Below, one piece after another: positions 49,773-62,889 of a stretch of 64,000 bases of DNA. This stretch comes from Lama glama (Eukaryota). A model generated the notes under the pieces. The model saw only the letters and a list, made by a program, of their open reading frames with translations, was not told where the DNA came from and did no database searches. The DNA is taken from positions 28,398,001 to 28,462,000 of the forward strand of contig CM052817.1 in NCBI GenBank assembly GCA_028534125.1. Reading direction: 5' to 3'. Position numbers and translations under genes: made by a program. Position 1 is the first letter of the stretch. The number at the start of each line of letters is the position of its first letter.

Positions 49773-49955
49773 ATGATTTTATTGTAGATGTTTTAGGTTC
49801 ACAGCAAAATTGAGGGGAAGGTGAAGGATTTATCATATATCTCCTGCCCCTACATACACATAGCCACTCCCATTATCAACTTTGCCCCCAAGAAAGGAAC
49901 ATTTGTTTCCACTGATTAAACCTACATTGACACACTGAAATTACCTAAAGTCATT
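49773..49955 (-). mobile_element. Old L1 (L1MC-like) 3' end
   Basis: gttttaggttcacagcaaaattgag...cccattatcaac...aacctacattgacac. Confidence 0.75.
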
Positions 49956-49977
49956 TTTTTTTGACCAATCACCTCTT

Positions 49978-50157
49978 AATGTTTCCCAAACTTTCACTGA
50001 GCTAAGAATTACGAGGAAGTACTTGTAAAAAAATACATATTCCTAAGCATCCCCCCAGACCCTCTAAATCAGAATCTCCAAGAGAGAAGCTGGGGAGGAT
50101 CAACTGTTCAATACCGTTCCAGGCAATTCTTATCGTCAAGGAAACTTGAAAGACAGA
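49978..50157. mobile_element. MER5-family hAT MITE (MER5B-like)
   Basis: tgtttcccaaactt...taagaatta...aaatcagaatctcca...aattcttat...aaacttgaaagaca; near-palindromic ends. Confidence 0.75.
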
Positions 50158-50216
50158 AGGACAGAGAGGATGATCTGGGCTCCTCATATGACTAACCACT
50201 TCTTGAGACACTTCAT

Positions 50217-50375
50217 TAGTTTCCAAACTTGGCTTCATTGTGAATTTTTAAAAAGTACTGATTCTTCTCACCCCAGATATTCTGATTTAATTGGCATAGA
50301 GTGCCAGCAAAATGTTGGAATTCTTTAAAGCTCTGCATATTACTTTGATAAGCAGCAAATTTTCAGAACTGCTGA
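50217..50375. mobile_element. MER5-family hAT MITE (MER5A1-like)
   Basis: ttccaaacttggct...ccccagatattctgatttaattgg...tttaaagctc...cagaactgctg. Confidence 0.7.
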
Positions 50376-50870
50376 CCCAGTTAGGAAGACTTGTTCCAGC
50401 ACATCCCTGCGAGTCTAGGAGTAAGAAACATTTCCGTCCTCAACATCTCTGAGTTTAATTTGTAGCCTCTTGTGGGAAGAGAGGAAAGAAGAAAAACTTC
50501 AAGTCTATTCATTTTCTTAAAGTAGAAAAAGATGATGGATTGGAAGATTGACACTGATTTTTTGTTGTTAGTTCGTTGTGCTTTTACGGAAACAAAGGAG
50601 TGCTCAACATATTGCTAATTAGCTAGCGGAATAGTTAATAAAATATTCAGTAACTAGCAATGAGAAACCATTTCATTTTTGTCTTGGCCTCTCTGTCTTC
50701 CCTGGGCCTCTGTGCCCTTTGAGAGTTAAGACTGCCATGATCTTCTTTACAAAACTTGTGAGTCTGTGAGTGTAAAGTGTTGCAAACACTGCTAATAATA
50801 TGAAGTATTATCATTCTCTTCCTGTGACAATGAGACTATGAAATAATTTTATTATACTCATTACATTCTA

Positions 50871-51032
50871 TTCTTTTTTCTTTCCTTTTTAAATTTTGTT
50901 TATTTTATTTTTTTTTGTAGGGGGAAGAGGTAATTGGGTTCATTTATTTATTTTTAATGGAGGTACTGGGGATTGAACCCAGTACCTTGTGCATGCTAAG
51001 CATGCTCTCTGCCACTGCACTATACCCTCTCC
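50871..51032 (-). mobile_element. vic-1-like camelid SINE, full length
   Basis: ttaatggaggtactggggattgaacccagtaccttgtgcatgctaagcatgctctctgccactgcactataccctctcc preceded by ggggaagaggtaattggg and a T-rich tail. Confidence 0.9.
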
Positions 51033-51319
51033 GGGGGTTCTTACCTAGTAATAATTTGAGGAAAAGCAACCTCAAGAAAATTCTACTGTGTGTGCACCTT
51101 GAGCTTGTCTACGCAGCTCAAGTTCACACACCTGAGAAGAGATTCTTCCACAGGGAAGACTAACGTGAAGAAACTGGGCAAGTGAGTTTCTTTCTATGTC
51201 CGCAAATATGCAGCAGACTCTCCATAGATTCAGTCTAGCCTAACATTCATAAGTATTTTATTAACAATGAGCACATGGGTCTAAGCACCCACGACAGTAT
51301 GTTCTGCACAATGAATTGG

Positions 51320-51585
51320 CAGGTGTGAGCTGAGTACCTGCTGTGTTGGAAGCACTATGCCCTGTGCTGAGGCAGCCTGGTGAACAGAAAAAATGTGCTG
51401 TATGTCCTCCAAGAATTTACAGTCAAGCAAGGGAGACAACTGTGCTAAAGCAATACCAGGAGACTGTGAGCTCCATCAAGCCAGGGACCTTGTCTGTCTC
51501 TCACTGATAAATCCTTGGAATCTAGCTAAGTGAAATCTAGCAACATAATTTGCTCACTCTAAAGGAAGTGAATAAATAAATACAG
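51320..51585. mobile_element. Two L2 3' fragments in opposite orientations
   Basis: ctgagtacctgctgtgtt...gaatttacagtc (minus) then agactgtgagctccatcaagccagggaccttgtctgtct...gtgaataaataaat (plus). Confidence 0.7.
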
Positions 51586-52939
51586 GACAGTTTCAGGAAA
51601 CCCCTCTTCTCCTCTTTATGTGTTTTCAATATTCTTTATCTGAAGCTCACGTGGGCTATGCTAGAAATTTTCTCTTTACTTTCATCTTCCAGAAGACTGT
51701 GGGAATTAAGAAGCCTATTAATCCTCTGCATTATTTCTCAGGCTTTGGTTTAGCCCAGTATAGTATCTGCACTGTAGCTCTGAACCAGCTAAGTGTAAGC
51801 CATTATTGTGTTTCCTGCTTGCCATTTTCCCATCGGCCCTGTTGATAAGAGATAGCTGTTATCTGAATCAAGATTCATCTATTTACAACAATATTGATTT
51901 AACATTCCCTTTGAGCACCTACATCTCATCACTTTTTTTGCACAAGTATGATAAAAGCCCTTTAAGGAAATTAAGAAAAAGCACATAGGTAGGGCAGTTG
52001 ACCCAGGGTTGAGGCCCATGGAAGAATTTCTGGAGGAAGTGACATTTGAACCTGAATTGTTGTCAAGGATATTTCCTAAAATGTGAAGAGGAATTTTCCT
52101 CTAGCATGTCAGAATTAATTGCTACTTGGAAGATATGGAATATTTTAAATATCATTAAAGATCTCTAAGCTTTTAAATTCAAAGCATTTCATTATCTTAT
52201 GTAATATAACTTTTCTCTAGCTTTCCTATGTTCAAAACAAAATAATTTAACAACCAAAATGAAATCACAGTGATTTGACTACGAAATAAAAGTACAAAAA
52301 TTGTTGACTTATTTGTTATATGTTTATATAAATATTTCTATTGTATAACAATTAATTAATTTAATAAGCAGAATCACCATGAATACAGGTAGATTTGCAG
52401 AGGTATATCAAATATTCTGCTTTAACTAGCACTATCAATAAAGAAATTTACTCATTTAGGTGTGATAAATATCAAATTAGTAAAATTCTGTCATCAGTAT
52501 CTTAGTTTGCATATCTTAATAAGATTATGAAGAAGAGTCATTGATTAAGAGGACTCTGAGGTAGATAAATTGAATAATTTTAGTCTCTGAAAAGCAATGA
52601 ATGCAGTTATGAAAGCTATTCAAGTTATTTAGAATTATGAACTTGTGAAGGCATCATAGGGACAAGGCCATCCAGTGGACCCGCATGAATGACTTCTGCA
52701 AGGTTTTAGGGAGATCACCATGAGCTGGCTGGCTGGACATGCTGAACATGTCAGAAAACAAGTAAGTGTACACACGACGTTCAACAAAGAATTGAGTCCG
52801 CTTTGTGGGCTGAAGAGGAGTTTGATATGTTTGATACTTTTTTTAGGAAAAGCAAGTCCAAATAGAAGTCTATGGAAGGAAGATTAAAAAAAATTAGTTG
52901 ATTATTTCTATCATTGGAATTCACTACATATCTGACCAG

Positions 52940-53130
52940 AGAGTTGATTCAGACAATTCTGAACCTTGCTGTTTTGACTTGCTCTCTCTCTGCCTCCGTT
53001 TTCTCATTTATAAAACCAAGATAGTAATAATATTTAATCGTAACATTGCTTGATCATTAAGTAAATTAATATGTGAAAGTGCTTAGAACAGTGGCCACCA
53101 CATGGTAAGTGCTAATAAGTGTGTCAATAT
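52940..53130 (+). mobile_element. MIR SINE
   Basis: ctctctgcctccgttttctcatttataaaa...gtgaaagtgcttagaacagtggccaccacatggtaagtgctaataa. Confidence 0.85.
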
Positions 53131-53409
53131 TAATAAAATGACTTGGCTTCTGTGCCCTTGAGGTCCAACAAAGTTATTTCTGCCATAAAATTAGTGTAAT
53201 TGCTCCTCTCATCCATCCTCCTGTAACTCTTTCCATTTTATTCCTTTCCATTCTATTATCCACTCACTCAAGGGCTTTATTTTTGTATTTCCTTTGCCCA
53301 CCTCCTCCCTCTATGACCCCCTGCCGAAAATTGTCTCCCAAGCAGCCTCAGGGTCTGCGGCCCTTTCCTTTGTCCCAACTGGCCAGACATTGCATCCCTA
53401 CCAATTGTC

Positions 53410-53830
53410 TTCCACTTATTCAACTGCTCACTCACTCATTGTTTCTTGAGCAGCTGTCAGATAGATCAGACTCAAGACACACAGTTTGAACAAGATAATC
53501 CTGGTGCCCATAAATATATAATCCACTCTCTATTTAGGAATCAGTAGTCACAGTATGAATATTTTCAGTGTGGCAGTTGTAACTAAAGACTGTATATAAA
53601 GTACTAATAAATGAGTAGAAAGAAATCTTCCATAATTAGTATTAGCTGGTTGGTGAGGTCAAGAAAAGCATTGATGAGGAATACATATTTTAGTTGCTGT
53701 GGAGAAGTACTTGGCCAGATGAAAACTGGGCAGGAGGGAGGGTAGGAGATTCAGGGAGAAAGAATGGCATATTAAAAGTCCTGAAGTAAAGGAGAGGACA
53801 GTCCACTGAAGTGAAGAAAGTCATTAATTT
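53410..53830 (-). mobile_element. L2 remnant
   Basis: cacttattcaactgctcactcactcattgtttcttgagc...gaggtcaagaaaagcatt...aaaagtcctgaag. Confidence 0.55.
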
Positions 53831-53842
53831 TGAAAGATATTA

Positions 53843-54475
53843 AATTCCAAGAAATTTTCAGTAATTATTGTTTCAAATATTTCGTGTTCCTTTCTCTCTT
53901 TCTTTTCCTCCTGGTAGTACCACTACCTGTATGTTACACCTTTTGTAATTTGCTCACAGTCCTTGGATATTCGGTTCTGTTGTGTATTTTTTTCGTCTTT
54001 TGTTCTCTATTCTTTTTAGTTTTTGAAGAGTCTCTTGATATATCATCTAGCTCAGAGAGTCCTTCCTCAGCTGTTTCCAGCCTCCTAGTACTCTCATCAG
54101 AGCATTTTCCATTCGTGTTCAGCGTGTTCCATCTCTGGTGTTTCCTTTTGGTTCTTTCTTAGGCTTTCTATCCCTCTGCTTACATTGCCATCTGTTCTTG
54201 AATACTGTCTACTTTATTCATTAGAGTCCTTCGCATGTTAATCATAATTGTTTTAAATTCCTTGTCTGATAATTCCAACATTCCTGCCAGATCTGGTTCT
54301 AATGCTTGCTCTGTCTCTTCAAGTTTTGTTTATTTGTTTTTTCTTTTAGTACACCTTGTAATTTTTTTCTTGATATTCAAACATGATGATCCAGGTAAAA
54401 GAACTGCTGTAAATAAAACTTTAGTCACGTGGTGTTAAGATGGATGGGAAGTAGCATTCTGTAGTCCCATGATTA
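53843..54475 (-). mobile_element. Old L1 ORF1/5' region
   Basis: gaaattttcagtaattattgtttcaaatattt...ctagctcagagagtccttcctcagctgtttccagcct...ataattgttttaaattccttgtctgataattccaacat. Confidence 0.8.
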
Positions 54476-56839
54476 TACTGACAAACTGTTGATCCCAAAT
54501 AATTTTTAAATACTTTTTTCAGCTGTAATGCTATGAAAAATGAAAGTCATTAACCCAAGTTTTAGTGCAGACATGGGCAGAGGCTCTCACAGGAGAGTCA
54601 AAATCATTCTGTTGTTCTTGTTTGTTTTGGAGAAACAGCATTCTACATTTGTTTAGTAGTTACTGTCTTCTATTTGTGCAATTCTGATTATTTTTTTCCC
54701 TTCCAAATGCTGAATATTCAATATTTTTCACACATAATACCCTCTTATCTATTGGTCACAGAACAGAAGCACTTGATACTAAGCTTAGAAGGGGAATAGA
54801 CAGCTCTCCTGCATCGTGGAAAAAATAATCCTGAAAGAGACAATGATTGTTTTGGGAAATGTTCCACTAATTTTTTGCTATTCTGCTTGAAAGCAGAGAG
54901 AGTTAAGTGGGTGAAGTAAGAAACATATAGAAGTTAGCAGAAGAAACTCCTGTAGACGAAGTCACTTTTGTCAGAGAAGCCTCAGTGGAGTGAAAATAGT
55001 CAACTGGGAGAACGTGGGCAGGGAAGAGTTAAATACTAAGGCCTGACTCAGTTCTAAGCATTAAGATATAACGTGTCAAAGTTGTGTTTAAGTTTTCCTA
55101 TTTCCCAACTCAAATCACCGGGATAGAAAACTGGAAATGTAAGAATATGGGCCTTTGACATGTGCCAGAAATGAGTGGTGCATATGATGTCTTCAGGGGT
55201 CATATTTTCTCAGTAACTTAAAGACATAGAACAGATTTCTAAATAGTATTTTGGGATTCAACAGTTTGAGATCTGTTTTCATTATAGCTAGGACACAGTA
55301 TTCAGAAAACTTATTTTTTATCAGCTGGTATTATGTATGCACTTTTCTGCCTATATTTTTCTCCTTTGTATTTTTGAATGGAATTGATCATGTTGGGGTT
55401 TAATCCCAACTAATCTGCCATTTCTTTCGTTTTCTTTTTCCTCAATAATTCACATTTGAAGCTTTGAGGACTGTGAATTTTCTTTTCCATAAAAGAAAAA
55501 GCCTATCTTGTACTCATAATTGTCACTGAATTTGAGATGGTAGATATTTACCAATAAACTTTTTTCCGTATAAAGCTTTAAAAATACCAATGCAATTGGA
55601 AATAAGAAACCGCTAAAACGGCTTTCAACTTAAAAAAAATCTGAAGTACTCATTCAAATGCTTTTGCCTTTTGTTCCTTTCAAAAGAGCTTTTATTGAGC
55701 AGCAAAAGATTTATGTTGGAAGAAATATGGAGCTTAGCTACATCAGAAATTAGATATATATCAATGAGGATATCTAAGTGTTTTTATAGATGGGGTATCA
55801 CATGAAAAAAAAAGCTTTTGGTACAGAAATATTGCTATCTTAATGAAAAATAACATTTCCAGTATCTGTATTGTGGGGGCCAAATCTCTCCTATAAATTA
55901 CTGCTTTATCTATTATGAGTAAAGTTACATATCCTCCTATTGCTTTCATGAATATTATGCAATTTTTAGTGGTCTCATTATATCTAGATTTCTGATTCAG
56001 TATCCACTTCCAATGGAAAAATAATAAATATCAGACATATAGAATACCTATAGCTATAAAGGAAATAAATGTTTTATGTGAAGTGAGCATAAATATAACA
56101 TATGCATTGGAGGCAAACAGAGATTCTTCTAGGTAACCGAGGAGTTTGAAAGGAAAGAACAATATAAGACATCAAACTATTTAATGCCTGAAGACAGTAA
56201 AGAAGGGAGGGAATGACAAGAGGGAATCAATTAAAGAAAGAAAAAAAGAGACAGAATAAAATGCCCAATTCAAATATTTCTTCTGATAATAACTTGACAG
56301 ATGTTGTACTTTACTTGCAAAATATCCCATCCACATTTAGAATATTCTACAAATGATTTCTCTCTCAGCCAGAGTCTGAAACTCTGAACTGGCAAAAATG
56401 GAAAGAGGACTTACATTTTGTGACATCCCCAGTGGATTCTCCCACTAGCTCACTATACAAGAAAGGAACCTTGTACAAGTATCAACAGCATGTGGGTTAA
56501 GCAGATGAAACCAGCTGTCACCTGGGTCAGGGATCAGTATAGATGAGTTCTTGAACACCTTGAGCTTTTACACATTTTGCAAACCTTGAATGCAATTACT
56601 TACAGATATTTTCTACAGAAAATATTGATTCCCTGGGCTGACTCTAGGAAAGTTAATGTTTCCACTACTCCCTGGACGAGTGAGAGACATGCAAAGACAG
56701 AGGGCAGCCTGATTTCCAACCCACTGTGGCAAAGTTATGCAGAAGGACTTAATTATTAGGGAAAACTAATTGTTACAGGGATAATATTAAGAATTAATAA
56801 CATGATTTTAGAAAGAGTTAGCACCTTAAATGTTTTAGT

Positions 56840-57050
56840 TAGTCAGGTAATATTCTTTAAAAATTACCATGTATAAACTTGTTTAATTTTAACAATCTTA
56901 TGAATTATATGCTAATAATTTCCTCTGCCTTGGAGACTGAAAGGCTAAGGAAAATTCTCTGAAGTCACAGAGCTAGGAAGAGGCAGGGCTAGAGCTAAAT
57001 CAAGAGAGTCTGGATCCAGAGTTTTTACTCTCAACCACTACACTCTACTG
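56840..57050 (-). mobile_element. MIR SINE
   Basis: ggagactgaaaggctaagg...gaagtcacagagctaggaagaggcaggg...tctggatccagagtttttactctcaaccactacact. Confidence 0.75.
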
Positions 57051-57554
57051 CCTGTCCTTGGGTGTTTTCTCTACAGTTGTTGAACAGTGAACATAACTAA
57101 GGTCTTCAATTTCCAGGAAGTGTAGCAAAAAATTTTCATATAGAAAATGGTGTAACAGTATAAAATTGTCTCTGCTCAGGATAAAAGTGATAGAATTCAG
57201 ATCAAACAGCTCATCAATAGCAAAGAAGGTTTTATAGTCATTACTGAGCCAGTAAATTGTAACAGTCAAGTCTCCAGAATAAAAATATATATTTATAGTA
57301 TTCATACTGTTATAAATTTTATGGCTATAACGGATATAGAGCACAGGACTCAAAAATAATAATAAATATGCAATCATTTTATTGTAAATTCCCTGTAGCC
57401 AATTGATTCTCACAAAGTGCTTTGCTGATTTTTGCTGAATTTGTAGGCAAACCTATGGCTGCAATTCAACCATTGACAAGTGGAATTGCGTTTCAATCTA
57501 CTAACTCTTCTCAATAATTTTTTAATTTAAATATGATATTCTATAAGCAATGAC

Positions 57555-57775
57555 ATCTTGAATTAAATCCTGGACCAGTAAACTGGTGAAACTTAAATAA
57601 GTTCTGTAGATTGCTCAGAAATCTTATATCAATGTTCATTTTTCTGGTATTGATAATTATACTGTGATTGTGTAACGTGTTATCATTAGGAGAAGCTGAG
57701 TGAAGGGCAAATAAGAACTCTGTAATTCTTTCCGCAGGGCTAAAATTATTTCCAAGTGAAAAGTTAATAAAAAGT
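57555..57775 (+). mobile_element. Old L1 (L1MC/L1ME-like) 3' end
   Basis: tatatcaatgttcatttttctggtattgataattatactgtg...ggagaagctgagtgaaggg...taaaattatttccaagtgaaaagtt. Confidence 0.75.
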
Positions 57776-57887
57776 ATTTCTCAAATAAATACATAAATAT
57801 GATATATGACAACTAAACTATTCCTGACCTTCATGCAAATTATATTCATTGAAATGAAACTACTTTCATCCTTAAGATTATTTCCCA

Positions 57888-58387
57888 NNNNNNNNNNNNN
57901 NNNNNNNNNNNNNNNNNNNNNNNNNNNNNNNNNNNNNNNNNNNNNNNNNNNNNNNNNNNNNNNNNNNNNNNNNNNNNNNNNNNNNNNNNNNNNNNNNNNN
58001 NNNNNNNNNNNNNNNNNNNNNNNNNNNNNNNNNNNNNNNNNNNNNNNNNNNNNNNNNNNNNNNNNNNNNNNNNNNNNNNNNNNNNNNNNNNNNNNNNNNN
58101 NNNNNNNNNNNNNNNNNNNNNNNNNNNNNNNNNNNNNNNNNNNNNNNNNNNNNNNNNNNNNNNNNNNNNNNNNNNNNNNNNNNNNNNNNNNNNNNNNNNN
58201 NNNNNNNNNNNNNNNNNNNNNNNNNNNNNNNNNNNNNNNNNNNNNNNNNNNNNNNNNNNNNNNNNNNNNNNNNNNNNNNNNNNNNNNNNNNNNNNNNNNN
58301 NNNNNNNNNNNNNNNNNNNNNNNNNNNNNNNNNNNNNNNNNNNNNNNNNNNNNNNNNNNNNNNNNNNNNNNNNNNNNNNNNNNNNNN
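57888..58387. other. Assembly gap (500 N)
   Basis: Run of N. Confidence 1.
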
Positions 58388-58827
58388 TAATGCTGAAATG
58401 AGTTAAGACTTTGGGGGATTGTTGAAATGGAAAGAACACTCTCTACATCTAGGAAGGATATAAATTTGGGGGGTCAGAGTGAACATTATGGGCTAAATGT
58501 TTGTGTAATTTCCAAATTTACATGGAAATCTTAATCCCCAGTGAGATGGTACTAGGAAGTAGGGTCTTGGAGAGGTAATTAGATTTCAATGGGATCATTA
58601 GAGTATGACCCAAATGATGGAATTAGTGTCTTTATAAGAAGCAAAAGGGACTAGCGCACTCTCTGCCATGTGAGGATCTGAAAACCAGGAAGAGGGCTCT
58701 CCTCAGAAATGGATCTGTTGGCAACTTGACGCTGGACTTCCCAGCCTCCAGAACAGTGAGCAATAAATGTGTGTTGTTTAATCCACCCAGACAGTGGTAT
58801 TCTGTTATAGCAGCCTGAACTAAAACA
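58388..58827 (+). mobile_element. MaLR provirus end: internal 3' segment plus MLT1A-like 3' LTR (about 58486-58827)
   Basis: taatgctgaaatgagttaagactttggggga...tttggggggtcagag precedes tatgggctaaatgtttgtg...ggacttcccagcctccagaacagtgagcaataaat...ttatagcagcctgaactaaaaca. Confidence 0.85.
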
Positions 58828-58956
58828 GATTCTCCTATAGTGCTTCCAGAAAGCAACAACCCTGCTGACACCAAGATTTTCGGATTTCTGGCCCCCTGAA
58901 CTGTGAGAATAAATTTTGGTTGTTTGAACCTCTGGCAGCTCGAGCTAACTAGTACA
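58828..58956 (+). mobile_element. 3' part of a host MLT1C/D-like LTR
   Basis: gattctcctatagtgcttccaga...ccctgctgacacc...ttctggcccctgaactgtgagaataaattt. Confidence 0.7.
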
Positions 58957-58999
58957 GAAAGATATATATTTATGAATATAAAAAATATATAAAATTTCA

Positions 59000-59330
59000 A
59001 TTATGAATAAATATTCCTGGTGAGAGTCCCAGGGTGCATTGAAAGCCAGTGTTGTCATGGCCAGGCAGAGCAGAGATGGCATCCTCGAGAAAGTGCTGCT
59101 TAAAGTGGAAATGCAAGAGTGAGAAGCTAATTGCGTAAAGAGAAGAGCTGTGGAGGGCTGTCCACAAAGAGGGGAAATGTGGTTTTGAAACTGAATATGC
59201 ATAATTCCATAATTCAGTAAATACTTTTTAAGTGCATACTGTATTTCATGTACTCTTATAGGACCTGGAGATTTAGAAGTGAACAAGCCATTTACACCCT
59301 GTGAAGGAAGCTTTAATTATCAAGGTAGTA
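59000..59330 (-). mobile_element. L2 remnants
   Basis: cattcag-like aattcagtaaatacttttaagtgcatactgt...gaagtgaacaagcca...gaagctt. Confidence 0.5.
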
Positions 59331-60775
59331 AAATGTTACCAATTACATTACTGAAGATTAATGACAAAACTAGGTAGATTATTTATTTTTTAAAGTCTGT
59401 AGACATTATTCTGTAGAACTGCAGTATTTTTAAAATACTTTCAATATTTTCAGTTAAGTGATTAAGTGGTTTTCAATTAAGAATGTTTCCTTGTATTACT
59501 TATTACAAAGATATAGTCTCAAAGACATGAAACAATGAAAAAATTAAAAATGATGAAACTATAAACAAATTGAAAATGTTCCCAAGTTAGCTCTAAAAAT
59601 TCTGTTACTCATTAAGTGATATGTTTTTATTATTAAGTATGTGAAAATAATCTAATTTATTTTAAATTTGATACATAATTTCATCTGAGCAAAACAGTGA
59701 CAGAGAAACTGAATTTGTTTTAATCATCTGATTTATTTTACAATTGAATATAAATGTGGACAATTTAAATAAGAAATTTAAAATAGTTACTCTAATAAAT
59801 TAGCAAGATAAATAGCTCTTCTACAATAGGGTAAAGTTTTAATCCTTTTCAGATTAAGGAATGCCACTGGGAGGATTTCCCTTCCTATTGATTTTTCCAG
59901 GGAGTTGGTTCCAAGCACATCATCTGTGGTAGAGAAAACCTTGGTTGTTTTTCTTGTATAAAACAAGACATGTGTGGTTCATTGCAAATTGTCACAGACT
60001 CATGGTTTCTTTACAAATGTATTTCAATTTATAAAAGCAGTAGAGACAAAGACTAAAGAAAGTCAATTATTTTTGCATTCTTGGTTAGAAAATTACTAAG
60101 ACTCATTGTTAGTTTCTCTATGACCTTAAGGTACTTAGTCCATTGGATCTGAGGTCTCACTTATTGAAACTGAGTTTCATAAAGAAAGAAATTAAATAAG
60201 GACTAAATCCAAACTTTTTCATACATCCTTCAAAAAGAAAAACATACACACAAAAGATAACCAAGAAGAGCAAATAAATCCACCTAAAATACAGGTACAC
60301 AACAACATCAGCAGGCAGAGAACACTGAGTAACTTGATATTACAGATGGATAGGGAAAAAAGCTGAGTTCAACATAACCAACTCCAGAGCCCACCATGAG
60401 AAGAGAGTCCAATGAAGATTTCACAAAAAAAAAAAGAGGAAAAAGCAGTAACGATTTAACAGATAAGCTGTCTCAGAAAGGGAAAGTCTACAGTGAGTTG
60501 GGAGACATTAAGAACAGAATTGATACCTGATGAATCAAAGGACCAGCTTCCGGGGAATCTAAAGGCAAAATCTTTGAAAGTGCACAAGAAAAGGAATGGC
60601 ATGTTGCTTGGATTAAGGGGACAAGACTTGGGTATGTAAAATAAGGTAATAAAAAAGTAGAAATTTTGAGTTCTGAAGAAAGAAAATTCAATCACAAAAT
60701 CAAAAGACGTCCAGCTATCCCAGAAAGGTGTTGTTAAATAAAACAAACTGCAGCAATAAAAAGCTGGTGAACAAC

Positions 60776-61256
60776 TGTCTTATGTTGGGTTTTCTGGAAC
60801 AAATGGCTAAAATGGAAATCCCTGTGCAAGTGAGATATTAAATGAGAGGTCTTGGGATAAACTGGGAGAAAGAAGACATTAGGGAAATGAAAGAAGACAG
60901 GAAGAAAGCATAATAGGGAAGGGGAAGATGCTAAGCAAGTCTGTAGTTTGAGGTCATGTACAGATTTATCCTTTCTGCAGGAACTCTGGAGCATAAATTG
61001 AACCATAGACTTCATTGCACCTTAAGGCGAGGTAGCTGGTTTTCTGCAGGTCTGCACAGATGGGTCATGGGGGAAATTAACTCCTAGGCACAGCCAAGTG
61101 ATGCATCTCCAATTGTCCAAGAACAATCCTCTGGAGAGATTTCAAAGTATGAAACATCAGCGGCAATAGCCTTAGCACCTCGGGAACGAAACATCCAATC
61201 AGCAAAAGAGATACTGGGGTATCTGAGCAGAGCACCGATAATGTCTGTCTGCTGCA
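60776..61256 (-). mobile_element. ERVL LTR (LTR33-like)
   Basis: tgtcttatgttgggttttctggaa...ggaaggggaagatgctaagcaag...ggaactctggagcataaattg...ggggtatctgagcagagcacc. Confidence 0.65.
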
Positions 61257-61299
61257 GCCACAAAAACACCTTGTCAGTCTTTACATAAAACTCTATTGA

Positions 61300-62260
61300 G
61301 GCATTTAATCATAAATAGAAAGTACCAAACTGATGAAAGAAGGATGACCAAAATATTTTGGCTGATGAAAATTCTCTTTACCAAAAACAGCAGTGGAAGG
61401 AAACCATGATACAGGACTTCAAGAGAATTAAATATCTTTAATCAGGTACCTATAGATGTGAAAAAGTAACTGAAGAAGCTTCTCTTCATAACGTAAGTAG
61501 AAAGAAATAGAAAAATGTGAAATGAGAATTGATATAACTCAGAAAAGAAATAGAGAAAGAGAAAAAGTAAGTTTAGAAAGGAAGATTAAGTTATAAGGTG
61601 CCAAGACAAAATAGGTTTGACAGAAAATATAATGAGTCATTGAAAGAACACATGGAAATATCTCTGAGCACAAAATGAAATAAATAAAAAGATTAAAAGT
61701 TTCAGACAAGGCAATTGATGTAGATAACGAGAAAGATGGTTCATTGCACATATAATTTGAATCCTTGAAAAAGCAAAGATAATGGAATAGATGTAATATT
61801 TAAAACTTGAGTTCACAAAAAACTTTCTGGAAATAAATGACTCAAGTTAAGTATTGAAAAGATCACCATGTGTCTAGAAAAAATGTCCTGGAACAGTAAA
61901 CTATAAGACATAGGCTAATAAAATTACTAGACATTAAACAATAAAGAAAAAACATAGACCAGGTTACAAAGGGAAGAATCCTGTATTTTCCTCAACTTCT
62001 CAATCACACATTATAAGTAAATACATTATCAGCCAAGAATTTTACTGTAGGCTAAGTTGTTCTTTAAGTACTAAGTTTTGTAGAAAAAAAAGTTTTAAAT
62101 ATTTAAGAGCTCAAAGAATACTGTATTCAAGAGGTATTCAGGAGGAATCTGTTAGAGGGGAAGCTTTATCTGAATAAGAAATTGGTAAACACTACAAAAC
62201 AGGTGAACAAGTAAATTTGAACAAACTTGAACAAATGTAGATACAACTTAAGGTAGCATG
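61300..62260 (+). mobile_element. HAL1/L1 ORF1-like remnant (probably also 60150-60770)
   Basis: A-rich decayed ORF1-like motifs aaaactttctggaaataaa...attgaaaagatcaccatgtg...agccaagaattttactgtaggctaagttgttcttt. Confidence 0.6.
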
Positions 62261-62499
62261 TTAAAATTTTAGCATCACAAAATATCAGATTAATAAAGAT
62301 TTGCTTGTTTGAATTGTTTTTCTCCCTAGAACGAGACAAATTTCTTCTAAAAATTCAAAAACAAATGAGCATGCTGTACAATACAAAAGAAACTGGTGGG
62401 AAAAAAAGAGCATTGAAAGAGCCCTTTCAATAGCACTACTGGATTTTGAACATAACACAAGCTTTAGTTAAAGGAAAATGAGGGATGGGCCCCTGAGTA

Positions 62500-62880
62500 T
62501 AGAGGTGGATTCTTGGAACAGGAAAAAAGTTTAGACATAGAACTTAGTTCATATAGAAGTTTAGTATATGAGAAGAGTGATCTTCAGAACACTAGAGAAA
62601 AGATAGACTTTTAAATAACTTGTTATCAGTAATCTGGATAGGCATCTGGAAAAAGCTAAAAATACACCTGTACCTCGCAAAACTTTAAAAACTAAGAATA
62701 GATTCAGAATGATGAGATTGAAACATGAAAATAAAACCATACACATTCTTGAAGAAATTATAATAATTTCATTTATAACCTAGTATGCAATAAAGAAAAA
62801 TGATAAATTTGACTACCCCAAATGGAAAAACATATCATATGCAAAGTCAACAAACAATTAATAACATATAGAGACATGTA
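62500..62880 (+). mobile_element. Old L1 ORF2 C-terminal remnant
   Basis: ttagtatatgagaagag...gatagacttttaaataacttg...aaagaaaaatgataaatttgactac. Confidence 0.6.
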
Positions 62881-62889
62881 TTTGGAATA

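Noticed and set aside
50957..51032. tRNA-Ala gene (also 9452-9520 and 33755-33820)
   Set aside because: No proper acceptor stem, A-rich tails and a SINE-specific 3' segment mark these as tRNA-derived SINEs
57806..58439. ORFs of 194-197 aa
   Set aside because: Artefacts of translating through the N gap
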